Part shown: positions 17,993-25,974 of the stretch, one piece after another
Position numbering within the stretch: position 1 is the first letter of the stretch
Layout: every line of letters starts with the position of its first letter
NCBI GenBank assembly: GCA_903852325.1
Contig: CAINQO010000035.1
Coordinates: 34,117-98,116 of the forward strand
Reading direction: 5' to 3'
DNA length: 64,000 bases
DNA from: Candidatus Omnitrophota bacterium
GTDB lineage: Bacteria > Omnitrophota > Gorgyraeia > Gygaellales > Profunditerraquicolaceae
Position numbers and translations under genes: made by a program
Notes under the pieces: model-generated
Databases searched by the model: none
What the model was told of the DNA's origin: nothing
Seen by the model: only the letters and a program-made list of their open reading frames with translations

Positions 17993-19037
17993 AAAAACAG
18001 AAAATCCGCGGATTTTGATCTTTAATGTTAACTGGCTGGGGGATGTTTTATTCTCATCCGCCGCCATCAGGAATATCCGCAGGAATTTCCCGAAAAGTTA
18101 CATTGCCTGCGTGATCCCTAGCCGCTGTTACCCGGTGCTCAAGGATAACCCGTATCTGGACGAGGTGATCATTTTCGACGAGCATGACCGGCACAAAGGG
18201 ATACTGGAGAAAATGAATTTTGTCAGTCTCCTGAAGAAAAAGCAGTTCGATAAAGTGTTTTTACTGCACCGCTCCTTCAGCCGGGCGCTCATCTGCCGTC
18301 TGGCCGGGATAAAGCAGCTTATCGGCCACTATACCAAAAAACGGGCCTTCCTTTTGACGCACAAAATTTTTCCTCCGAAAAAAGATTCCCTGCATCGCAT
18401 CGATTATTATCTGGATATTATTGAAAAGTCCGGTTTAAGGGTGGAGGACCGGTACCTGGATTTTTTTGTCAGCCATGAAGACCAGGAGCATGTCGACAGC
18501 TTTTTTAAGAAAAATTCCCTTTCCGATAAGGATCTGGTCATTGCCCTTAATCCCGGAGGCAATTGGGTGCCGAAACGCTGGCCGCCGGAATACTGGGCGG
18601 CCCTGGCGGATAAATTGATCAGCCAAACCGGCGCCAAGGTAATTATTACCGGCAGCATTTCGGATTTGTTGCTGGCCGGCCAGATAAAAGAGAGGATGCG
18701 CGAAACGCCTTTGACCGGCTGCGGGGTTTTTAATTTAAAACAGTTAGGGGCGCTGGCCAAGAAAGTGGACCTGTTCATTACCGCCGATACCGGGCCGCTG
18801 CATATTGCCAATGCGGTAGGGGCAAAAAAAATAATCGCTATTTTCGGCCCTACCGCGCAAAAGGTCACCGGGCCGTTCCCTTCGACCAATGTGGTCATCC
18901 TGCAAAAAGATACCGGCTGCCGGATCCCCTGTTATAAGGTGAACTGCCCGGACAGCCACTGCATGCGGGCGGTTACGCCGGATGATGTCCTGGCTCAGGT
19001 CAAGCAAATATTTAATCCCCGGCGGGAAACCCCGTAG
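17985..19037 (+). CDS. GT9 family glycosyltransferase (heptosyltransferase-like)
   Basis: ILIFNVNWLGDVLFSS start, then DTGPLHIANAVG and FGPT...C..PC motifs. Overlaps the previous gene by 8 nt. Confidence 0.85.
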   Translation: MSEKTENPRILIFNVNWLGDVLFSSAAIRNIRRNFPKSYIACVIPSRCYPVLKDNPYLDEVIIFDEHDRHKGILEKMNFVSLLKKKQFDKVFLLHRSFSRALICRLAGIKQLIGHYTKKRAFLLTHKIFPPKKDSLHRIDYYLDIIEKSGLRVEDRYLDFFVSHEDQEHVDSFFKKNSLSDKDLVIALNPGGNWVPKRWPPEYWAALADKLISQTGAKVIITGSISDLLLAGQIKERMRETPLTGCGVFNLKQLGALAKKVDLFITADTGPLHIANAVGAKKIIAIFGPTAQKVTGPFPSTNVVILQKDTGCRIPCYKVNCPDSHCMRAVTPDDVLAQVKQIFNPRRETP

Positions 19038-19070
19038 GTTTACCTGGGGATAAACGGGGATTTCCTGATG

Positions 19071-19106
19071 GGGAGGAAGCCCCGGACTTTAGTCTAAAGG
19101 GGCTTC
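19071..19106 (+). promoter_or_regulatory. hairpin between a strong SD (GGGAGG) and the ATG of the double-GT9 gene
   Basis: GAAGCCCC (19076-19083) pairs perfectly with GGGGCTTC (19099-19106). The ATG is at 19112. Confidence 0.45.
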
Positions 19107-19111
19107 ACAAA

Positions 19112-21127
19112 ATGAAAATCCTTTTTGTCACCTTAAGCAATATCGGCGATTGCATCCTCACCTTGCCGGTGCTGGATGGGCTGCGGGAAAAATACCCGCA
19201 GGCCAAAATCACCTGCTTAGTCCCTCCGGGGCCCAAAGAAATCTTTACCGCTAACCCTGCCGTGGCCCGGGTGTTTATTTTTGATAAACACGCCAAATTG
19301 CAAGAGAAGGTCAAATTATTTTTTTCCTTAAGCCGGGAGGAGTTTGACCTGGTGATCGATCTGCGGAATAGTTTTTTCGGCGCTTTCTTACCGGCGAAAA
19401 AATGGAACTTGTTCAGCGGCCCCTTGCGCCGGATACCCGGAAAGATCAAGCACATGAAAGACCGGCATTTATACCGGGCATTAGGCCGGGATTATCCTCT
19501 CTTAAGGAAATACCGTTCTTTTAATATTAAGCCGCAGGATGATGATTATATCGAAAAAATATTGGGCCCGGCCGCAGGGAAGAAACTGATCGTGGTTGCC
19601 CCCGGGGCAAAAAGCCGGTCCAAGTGCTGGGCTAAGGAAAATTTCCGCCTGCTCTGCGGCCGGCTGGCGGAAGAGGGGAATCAAATCGTGCTGACCGGGG
19701 ATAAAGCGGATCAGGAGGCCTGTGCTTATATCCGCCGGGAGGGAATAATCGATCTGTGCGGCCGGACCGACCTGGCGCAATTAGGGGCCCTGCTTAAACG
19801 GGCGCGGCTTTTGATCAGCAATGACAGCGCGGCAATGCACCTGGCCAGTTACCTGAACGTGCCGGTGGCGGCGATTTTCGGGCCGACGGATGAAAAAAAA
19901 TACGGCCCCTGGTCGGATAAAAATATCGTGATCAAAAAAGAGGTTTTTTGCCGCCCCTGCGCCAAAGCCCAATGCCGCTCCCTGAGCCTTGATTGCCTGG
20001 AGGCGATCAAGCCGGAGGATGTCCTGCGGCAGATCGAGCCGTTGCTTAAAGAACAAAAGGATGCCGCACTTTCTTTGCAAAATGAAATCCGAAACGGATT
20101 CCGCCGGATCCTGGTGGTGCGCACCGACCGGTTAGGGGACGTGATTTTATCCACCCCGGCGGTAAAAGCCTTAAGGCAGGCGTTTCCGCAAAGCTATATC
20201 GCGATGCTGGTTTCTTCCTACGCTAAAGACGCGGTGGAAGGTAACCCGGATTTAGATGCGGTGCTCGTTTTCGATAAAGAAGCCAAAGATAAGGGCGTGT
20301 TCGGCAGTTTAAAGTTGGCGGGTGAGCTTAAACAAAAGCAGTTTGATCTGGCGGTGATCCTGCATCCCACGGTGCGGGTGCATTTATTGATGTTTATCGC
20401 CGGGATTCCCCGGCGCGTAGGTTATGACCGCAAATTTGATTTTTTACTCACCGACAGGATCCCGCACGTAAAACAAGAAGGGCAAAAACACGAATCCGAA
20501 TATACCCTGGATTTAATCCGCTACCTGGGGGTCGCTCCGCAAAGCCCCGCATTGTTTGTGCCGGTAAAACAGGAGTCGGAAAAGTGGGTGGAAGCTTTAT
20601 TCCGGCAAGAAGGGATCGGCCCCAAAGATAAATTGCTGGTGATCCATCCGGCGGCAAGCTGTATTTCTAAAATTTGGCCGGCAGAAAGGTTTGCCCTGGT
20701 CGCCGACAGGCTGGCGCAACAATACGGTTTTAAAGTCTGCATTATTGCCGGGCCGAAAGATATAAGTAAAGCGGAACTGGTGAGCAGGAGTATGCAGGTT
20801 CCTGCTCTGAACCTGGCGGCAAAAACAACGGTCAGTCAGCTGGCCAGTTTAATCAAAAGGGCGCAGCTATTTATTTCCACGGATTCCGGACCGGTGCATA
20901 TTGCTTCCGCTTTTTCTATCCCCCAGGTTACGATTTTCGGGCGCAGCCAGGCAGGGCTTAGCCCAGTGCGTTGGGGCCCGCAAGGGGAGAGGATCAGGAT
21001 TTTACATAAAGAAGTCGGCTGTACGGCTTGCCTGGCGCATGACTGCCTTCGGGAATTTGCCTGTATTAAATCCATTACGGTTGAGGATGTACTTGAAGCA
21101 GCGGAGGAACTGATTAGTGGATTCTAG
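19112..21127 (+). CDS. tandem double GT9 (two heptosyltransferase-like domains in one polypeptide)
   Basis: Domain 1 starts MKILFVTLSNIGDCILTLP. Domain 2 starts FRRILVVRTDRLGDVILSTP at about aa 330. Each has DS(A/G)..H and FGP...C..C motifs. Confidence 0.8.
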   Translation: MKILFVTLSNIGDCILTLPVLDGLREKYPQAKITCLVPPGPKEIFTANPAVARVFIFDKHAKLQEKVKLFFSLSREEFDLVIDLRNSFFGAFLPAKKWNLFSGPLRRIPGKIKHMKDRHLYRALGRDYPLLRKYRSFNIKPQDDDYIEKILGPAAGKKLIVVAPGAKSRSKCWAKENFRLLCGRLAEEGNQIVLTGDKADQEACAYIRREGIIDLCGRTDLAQLGALLKRARLLISNDSAAMHLASYLNVPVAAIFGPTDEKKYGPWSDKNIVIKKEVFCRPCAKAQCRSLSLDCLEAIKPEDVLRQIEPLLKEQKDAALSLQNEIRNGFRRILVVRTDRLGDVILSTPAVKALRQAFPQSYIAMLVSSYAKDAVEGNPDLDAVLVFDKEAKDKGVFGSLKLAGELKQKQFDLAVILHPTVRVHLLMFIAGIPRRVGYDRKFDFLLTDRIPHVKQEGQKHESEYTLDLIRYLGVAPQSPALFVPVKQESEKWVEALFRQEGIGPKDKLLVIHPAASCISKIWPAERFALVADRLAQQYGFKVCIIAGPKDISKAELVSRSMQVPALNLAAKTTVSQLASLIKRAQLFISTDSGPVHIASAFSIPQVTIFGRSQAGLSPVRWGPQGERIRILHKEVGCTACLAHDCLREFACIKSITVEDVLEAAEELISGF

Positions 21128-21144
21128 GTTGAGGAGTGGGGATT

Positions 21145-21247
21145 GGGTCGAGTAGTGGGATAGGTAGTGCGGGTGAGTTGTGGGGTAGACCAACTACTAA
21201 TCCACACAACCTAACGCACTACTTTACCTAACCCACACTACTCACCC
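21145..21247 (+). repeat. imperfect long hairpin with a GT-rich arm and an AC-rich arm (AGTAGTG / GGGTTAGG motif family)
   Basis: Arm 21145-21188 versus arm 21194-21247 share the blocks GAGTAGTG, TAGGT, AGTGCG, GTTGTG and GTAG. The element is related to 58420-58490. Confidence 0.5.
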
Positions 21248-21276
21248 TATGCTCGATTTTGGCTATCCAGTAATGC

Positions 21277-21304
21277 TTGATTTGTCAGCAAATTGTGTTA
21301 AAAT
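21277..21304 (+). promoter_or_regulatory. sigma70-like promoter candidate immediately upstream of ATG 21316
   Basis: TTGATT (21277-21282), a 16-nt spacer, then TGT-TAAAAT (21299-21304). There is no SD before ATG 21316. Confidence 0.3.
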
Positions 21305-21315
21305 CATTATCTATT

Positions 21316-22245
21316 ATGATCAACTTAAAGAAGGTTAAAAGATATTCGCTTAAAGCCCGTTTAAGCAAGGTAAATAAGGGGGATTTTGCCCTTAAACCGG
21401 CTAAAGGCAGGAGTTTTTCCGTTTTTTTTGACTCCTTACCTAATATTTTAAAAGCCAAAGATTTACGCTCGGTTTCTGCCGATATTATCGCGGCGCGCCG
21501 GAAAAATAAAGGGGTGATTTTAATGGCCGGGGCCCACGTGATCAAGTGCGGGCTTAATCCGGTTTTGATCGAGTTGTTGGAAAAAAAAGTGATTACCTGT
21601 ATCTGCCTTAACGGGGCCGGATTGATCCACGATTTTGAGATCGCCTACCAGGGGAAGACTTCGGAAGATGTGGCCGCCAACCTCAAAGACGGGAAATTCG
21701 GGATGGGGATCGAGACCGCGGATTTTATCAACGCCGCGGTCAAAGAAGGGACTGAGGCGGGCTTTGGATTAGGTTATGCCTTAGCCAATAAAATGGCCGG
21801 GGCAGCTTTACCCAATAAAGATCTAAGCCTGATTTATAATGCCTATAAGCGTAAAATCCCGGTTTGTGTTTTTGCGGCGATCGGTACGGATATAATCCAT
21901 CAGCACCCTTCTTTCGACGCTGCGGCAACCGCCGTGGGCTCATTGCGGGATTTCCATATCCTGGTGGAGAGGATCCGCTCCTTGAATCAGGGGGGAGTGG
22001 TTTTAAATTTCGGCTCCGCGGTGCTTTTGCCTGAAGTATTTTTAAAGGCTTTGAACCTTGCCCGCAACCTGGGCAGCAAAGTGAAAGATTTTACTTCCGC
22101 TAATTTCGATATGATTTACCAGTACCGCGCGGCACAGAATGTAGTGAGCCGTCCCACCGCTTCCGGGGGTAAAGGCTATTATATTATCGGTCACCATGAG
22201 ATCATGCTGCCGCTTTTAGCCCAAAGTATATTGGAAAAAATCTGA
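21316..22245 (+). CDS. deoxyhypusine-synthase-like (DHS-fold) family protein, function unknown
   Basis: MAGAHVIKCGLNPVLIELLEKKVITCICLNGAGLIHDF and IPVCVFAAIGTDIIHQHP resemble DHS-family blocks; this is a by-eye call only. ATG 21316 is preferred over the track's TTG at 21277. Confidence 0.45.
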   Translation: MINLKKVKRYSLKARLSKVNKGDFALKPAKGRSFSVFFDSLPNILKAKDLRSVSADIIAARRKNKGVILMAGAHVIKCGLNPVLIELLEKKVITCICLNGAGLIHDFEIAYQGKTSEDVAANLKDGKFGMGIETADFINAAVKEGTEAGFGLGYALANKMAGAALPNKDLSLIYNAYKRKIPVCVFAAIGTDIIHQHPSFDAAATAVGSLRDFHILVERIRSLNQGGVVLNFGSAVLLPEVFLKALNLARNLGSKVKDFTSANFDMIYQYRAAQNVVSRPTASGGKGYYIIGHHEIMLPLLAQSILEKI

Positions 22246-22317
22246 CCCCGCACCTTCTTCGTATTCGATCTGAAGGTCAGGGGTAAAAAATAGTTAATAA
22301 TAGGAAGGTGCGGGGTG
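22246..22317 (+). promoter_or_regulatory. anti-SD/SD hairpin module between the DHS-like gene stop and the heptose kinase start
   Basis: CCCCGCACCTTCTT (22246-22259) begins directly after the TGA stop (22243-22245). It pairs over 14 bp with AGGAAGGTGCGGGG (22302-22315). The GTG start is at 22315. Confidence 0.6.
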
Positions 22318-23328
22318 AAGAACCTAAAAGAGATTGTCCGCAAATTCAAGCGGGCTAATATTTTGGTCGTCGGAGACCTGATCCTGGATGAATACATCTG
22401 GGGCGCGGTGGAGAGGATCTCTCCGGAGGCTCCCGTGCCGGTGCTTTGGGCCAACAAACGTACTTTTGTTCCCGGGGGCACCGCTAACGTGGCCAATAAC
22501 ATCGGCTCCTTCGGGGCAAAAGTGACTCTTTTGGGGGTCACCGGTTCCGACGCGAACTCCAAGATTTTGCTGGGCGAATTAAAGAAGAGAAAGATCGATA
22601 CGCGGGGTATTTTTGTCGAAAAAAATCGGCACACTACGGTCAAGACGCGGATCCTGGCCGGGCATCAGCAGGTAGTCCGGGTGGATTGGGAACATACCCA
22701 TGATCTGTCTCAAGAGTTAAACGATAAGATTTTAAAATTCATCCAGAAGAATATCGATGATTTCGACGCGATCATTATCGAGGATTACGGCAAAGGGGTA
22801 ATCAATGTCCCGCTCTTGAAAACGCTGATCGCTTTGGCGAAAAACCATAAAAAAATCATTACCGTTGATCCGAAAGAGGAGAACTTTCAGTTTTATCGGT
22901 CGGTAGATTCGATCACTCCTAACCGCAAGGAGCTGGAAAACGCGATAAGGAATTTGAAGATCCAGGACACGACCAACGGTTTCAAGATCAATACGGATAA
23001 ACTCTTTACGGATAAGGATGTGGACCGGGCTGCCCGGGAGATCCTGGAATACCTGCGTCTTGATTCTATTCTGGTTACCCTGGGGGAGCACGGGATGAAA
23101 CTTTTGGAAAAGAACGGCCGCCTTACCCATATTCCCACGGTAGCCCAGGAAGTTTTCGATGTTTCCGGCGCGGGGGATACCGTAATCAGCACCTTTACCC
23201 TGGCTTTAAGCGTGGGCGCTTCCAAATTAGAGGCGGCGCACATCGCCAATTTTGCCGCAGGGATAGTGGTAGGTAAATTGGGCACGGCAGTGACCAACAC
23301 TAAAGAACTATTAGAAAGGATTAAATAA
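22315..23328 (+). CDS. hldA: D-glycero-beta-D-manno-heptose-7-phosphate kinase (RfaE domain I type, stand-alone)
   Basis: ILVVGDLILDEYIWGAVERISPEAPVPV and the PfkB C-terminal motif DVSGAGDTV. No adenylyltransferase domain is present. Confidence 0.85.
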   Translation: MKNLKEIVRKFKRANILVVGDLILDEYIWGAVERISPEAPVPVLWANKRTFVPGGTANVANNIGSFGAKVTLLGVTGSDANSKILLGELKKRKIDTRGIFVEKNRHTTVKTRILAGHQQVVRVDWEHTHDLSQELNDKILKFIQKNIDDFDAIIIEDYGKGVINVPLLKTLIALAKNHKKIITVDPKEENFQFYRSVDSITPNRKELENAIRNLKIQDTTNGFKINTDKLFTDKDVDRAAREILEYLRLDSILVTLGEHGMKLLEKNGRLTHIPTVAQEVFDVSGAGDTVISTFTLALSVGASKLEAAHIANFAAGIVVGKLGTAVTNTKELLERIK

Positions 23329-23329
23329 T

Positions 23330-24082
23330 ATGGACGTAATCGGGGTGATCCCGGCCAGGTATTCATCTACCAGGTTCCAGGGTAAGGTCCTGGCGGACAT
23401 TCTGGGCAAGCCGATGCTCCAGCATGTCTGGGAAAGGGCCAAACAATGCCGTATGCTGGACGATCTGGTCATTGCCTGCGATAACGAGTTGATCCTGAAA
23501 ACCGCCTTAGGGTTCGGAGCCAAGGCGCAAATGACCTCTAAAGAGCATTCCTGCGGCACCGACCGGATCAGTGAAGTAGTTAACCCGCTGGATGTGAAGG
23601 TGATCATCAATATTCAGGCGGATGAACCGCTGATCCACCCGATGATGATCGACAGTGTCGCCCGGGCTTTGCTCGAGGATAAAATGCTGAACATGGCGAC
23701 GTTAATGAAAAAGATCGACGATGTCCTGGAACTTTTGGACCCTAATGTGGTTAAGGTGGTCGTGGATAAAAATAATTTCGCTTTATATTTTTCCCGCGCC
23801 CCGATCCCTTACCTGGCGCCGAATGCCGAAATCGACCAGGTCACTTACTACAAGCACATCGGGCTTTACGGTTACACCAAGGATTTTTTATTTACTTACA
23901 AAAACCTTCCGGTTTCTAACCTGGAAAAAACGGAAAAATTAGAGCAGCTGCGCGTGTTAGCGGAGGGGTTCCGGATCAAAGTGCTCCAGACGCAGTTCGA
24001 CACCGTGGGAGTGGATACGCCTAAAGATTTGGAGAGGGTTTTGTGGCAATTAAAAAAGGGGAAGAACGATGCATCCGGTTAA
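23330..24082 (+). CDS. kdsB: 3-deoxy-manno-octulosonate cytidylyltransferase (CMP-Kdo synthetase)
   Basis: VIPARYSSTRFQGKVLADILGKPM start and the IQADEPL motif. Confidence 0.95.
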   Translation: MDVIGVIPARYSSTRFQGKVLADILGKPMLQHVWERAKQCRMLDDLVIACDNELILKTALGFGAKAQMTSKEHSCGTDRISEVVNPLDVKVIINIQADEPLIHPMMIDSVARALLEDKMLNMATLMKKIDDVLELLDPNVVKVVVDKNNFALYFSRAPIPYLAPNAEIDQVTYYKHIGLYGYTKDFLFTYKNLPVSNLEKTEKLEQLRVLAEGFRIKVLQTQFDTVGVDTPKDLERVLWQLKKGKNDASG

Positions 24083-24881
24083 TGTGGGAAAAATAAAATT
24101 CGGAGACCGCTACCCGCTGGTTTTGATCGCCGGCCCTTGCGCGATCGAATCGGAAAGTTCCTGCCTTGAGGCGGCGGCAAAGCTCAAGGAGATTACCGCC
24201 GGCTTAGGCGTTCCGTTCATCTTCAAGTCCAGCTTTGATAAGGCCAACCGGCTTTCCGTGGGGTCTTACCGCGGTCCGGGGCTAAAAAAAGGGTTGGCTA
24301 TTTTAAAGAAAGTAAAGTCGAAACTGAAACTCCCCATTTTAAGCGATGTGCATTGCGTGCATGATGTCGAGCCGGCCGCGCAGGTCCTGGATATTATCCA
24401 GATCCCGGCGTTTTTGAGCCGCCAAACCGATATTGTTTTAGCCGCCGGGCGCACCGGTAAAGTGGTGAATATTAAAAAAGGCCAGTTCCTGGCCCCCTGG
24501 GATATTTTACCGATTATCAAAAAAGTGGAAAGCACGGGGAATAAACAGATTTTAATCACTGAACGCGGAGCAAGCTTCGGTTACAATAATTTAGTCACGG
24601 ATTTCCGGAGTTTAGCGATCATGCGGGATTTTGGCTATCCGGTAATTTATGACGCTACCCACAGCGTGCAGCTTCCCGGAGGCCAGGGCGGCTGTTCGGG
24701 AGGGCAGACCCAGTTTGTCGCCGGGTTGTCCCGGGCGGCGGTGGCTTTTGGCTGCGACGGTTTATTTTTGGAGGTGCACGCTAACCCCAAAGCCGCTCCC
24801 TGCGACGGGCCGAACATGATCAACTACCGGGAATTGGAAGAGCTTTTAAAGCAAATCAAAAGGATCAGCCAGGTAATATAA
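24069..24881 (+). CDS. kdsA: 2-dehydro-3-deoxyphosphooctonate aldolase (Kdo-8-P synthase)
   Basis: VLIAGPCAIES, FKSSFDKANR and DATHSVQLPGG motifs. Confidence 0.95.
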   Translation: MHPVNVGKIKFGDRYPLVLIAGPCAIESESSCLEAAAKLKEITAGLGVPFIFKSSFDKANRLSVGSYRGPGLKKGLAILKKVKSKLKLPILSDVHCVHDVEPAAQVLDIIQIPAFLSRQTDIVLAAGRTGKVVNIKKGQFLAPWDILPIIKKVESTGNKQILITERGASFGYNNLVTDFRSLAIMRDFGYPVIYDATHSVQLPGGQGGCSGGQTQFVAGLSRAAVAFGCDGLFLEVHANPKAAPCDGPNMINYRELEELLKQIKRISQVI

Positions 24882-24899
24882 ACTTTAATAAGGTGCGGG

Positions 24900-25868
24900 A
24901 TGAGTATTGATTTGATCAAACGGGCAAAAGAAGTTTTGGAAATCGAAGCGCAGGCAGTGCGCCGGTTAAAGGGGTGCCTGGATAAAGGTTTTATTAAAGC
25001 GGTTGAGCTGATCCTGAAGAGCAAGGGCAGGGTAGTGGTTAGCGGAATGGGCAAGACCGGAATTATCGCCCAAAAATTTTCCGCGACTCTTGCTTCGACC
25101 GGGACCCCCAGTTTATTCCTGCATACCGCCGAAGCTATTCACGGGGATTTAGGCAAGGTTACCGCGGATGATGTGGTGATCATCCTTTCTAACAGCGGTT
25201 CGACCGAGGAGATGAAACAGCTTTTGCCGATCCTCAAAAAGATCGGCGCTCCGATCATTTCTTTGACCGGCAACACCAAATCCATTCTGGCCAAATACAG
25301 CGATGTGGTCCTGGATGTCTCCGTGAAAAAAGAGGCCTGTCCGTTAGGTTTGGCCCCCACGGCTTCCACTACCGCGGCTTTGGCGATGGCCGATGCCCTG
25401 GCGGTCTGCCTGCTGGAACGTAAGGGGTTTAAAGAAAAGGATTTTGCATTTTTCCATCCTGGGGGCACTTTAGGCAAGCGCCTGCTTTTGAGCGTCGCGG
25501 ATATCATGCGCCAGGGGCAGTCTAATGCCATTGTCCGCGAGGATAAATTGGTGGCGGAAGTTTTGTTGGCGATTACCCGGGCCCGGGCCGGCAGCGCTAT
25601 TGTGGTGGATAAGCAGGGAAAACTGAAGGGGATATTCACCGACGGAGACCTGCGCCGGCATTTAGCCACCGACAAGTATTTACCGCAGCGGCCGATCAAA
25701 GAAGTAATGACCAAAAACCCCACGGTAGTGAGCAAAGATATGCTGGCGGCAGAGGCGATGCGGATATTACAGGCCAGGAAGATCGATGAAGTCCCGGTGG
25801 TGGATAAATTCAGGCGCCCGGTGGGCTTATTGGATGTCCAGGACCTGCTTAAAGCCGGATTAATTTAA
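24900..25868 (+). CDS. kdsD: arabinose-5-phosphate isomerase (SIS plus tandem CBS)
   Basis: GRVVVSGMGKTGIIAQKF SIS motif and a C-terminal CBS pair. Its initiation string AAGGTGCGGGATG belongs to the recurrent family. Confidence 0.9.
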   Translation: MSIDLIKRAKEVLEIEAQAVRRLKGCLDKGFIKAVELILKSKGRVVVSGMGKTGIIAQKFSATLASTGTPSLFLHTAEAIHGDLGKVTADDVVIILSNSGSTEEMKQLLPILKKIGAPIISLTGNTKSILAKYSDVVLDVSVKKEACPLGLAPTASTTAALAMADALAVCLLERKGFKEKDFAFFHPGGTLGKRLLLSVADIMRQGQSNAIVREDKLVAEVLLAITRARAGSAIVVDKQGKLKGIFTDGDLRRHLATDKYLPQRPIKEVMTKNPTVVSKDMLAAEAMRILQARKIDEVPVVDKFRRPVGLLDVQDLLKAGLI

Positions 25869-25872
25869 TCGA

Positions 25873-25963
25873 GGCGCAGCAATCAATGACTGCGCCGAAG
25901 ATTATCCGCCAACGATCCAGTGGCGGATAAATTTAGAAAGAAACTCCGGGCTTAGCCCGGAGT
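25873..25963 (+). promoter_or_regulatory. three consecutive stem-loops in the kdsD-kdsC spacer
   Basis: Three perfect stems: GGCGCAG/CTGCGCC (25873-25896), TTATCCGCCA/TGGCGGATAA (25902-25930) and ACTCCGGG/CCCGGAGT (25943-25963). Confidence 0.5.
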
Positions 25964-25974
25964 GATCCATTAAA

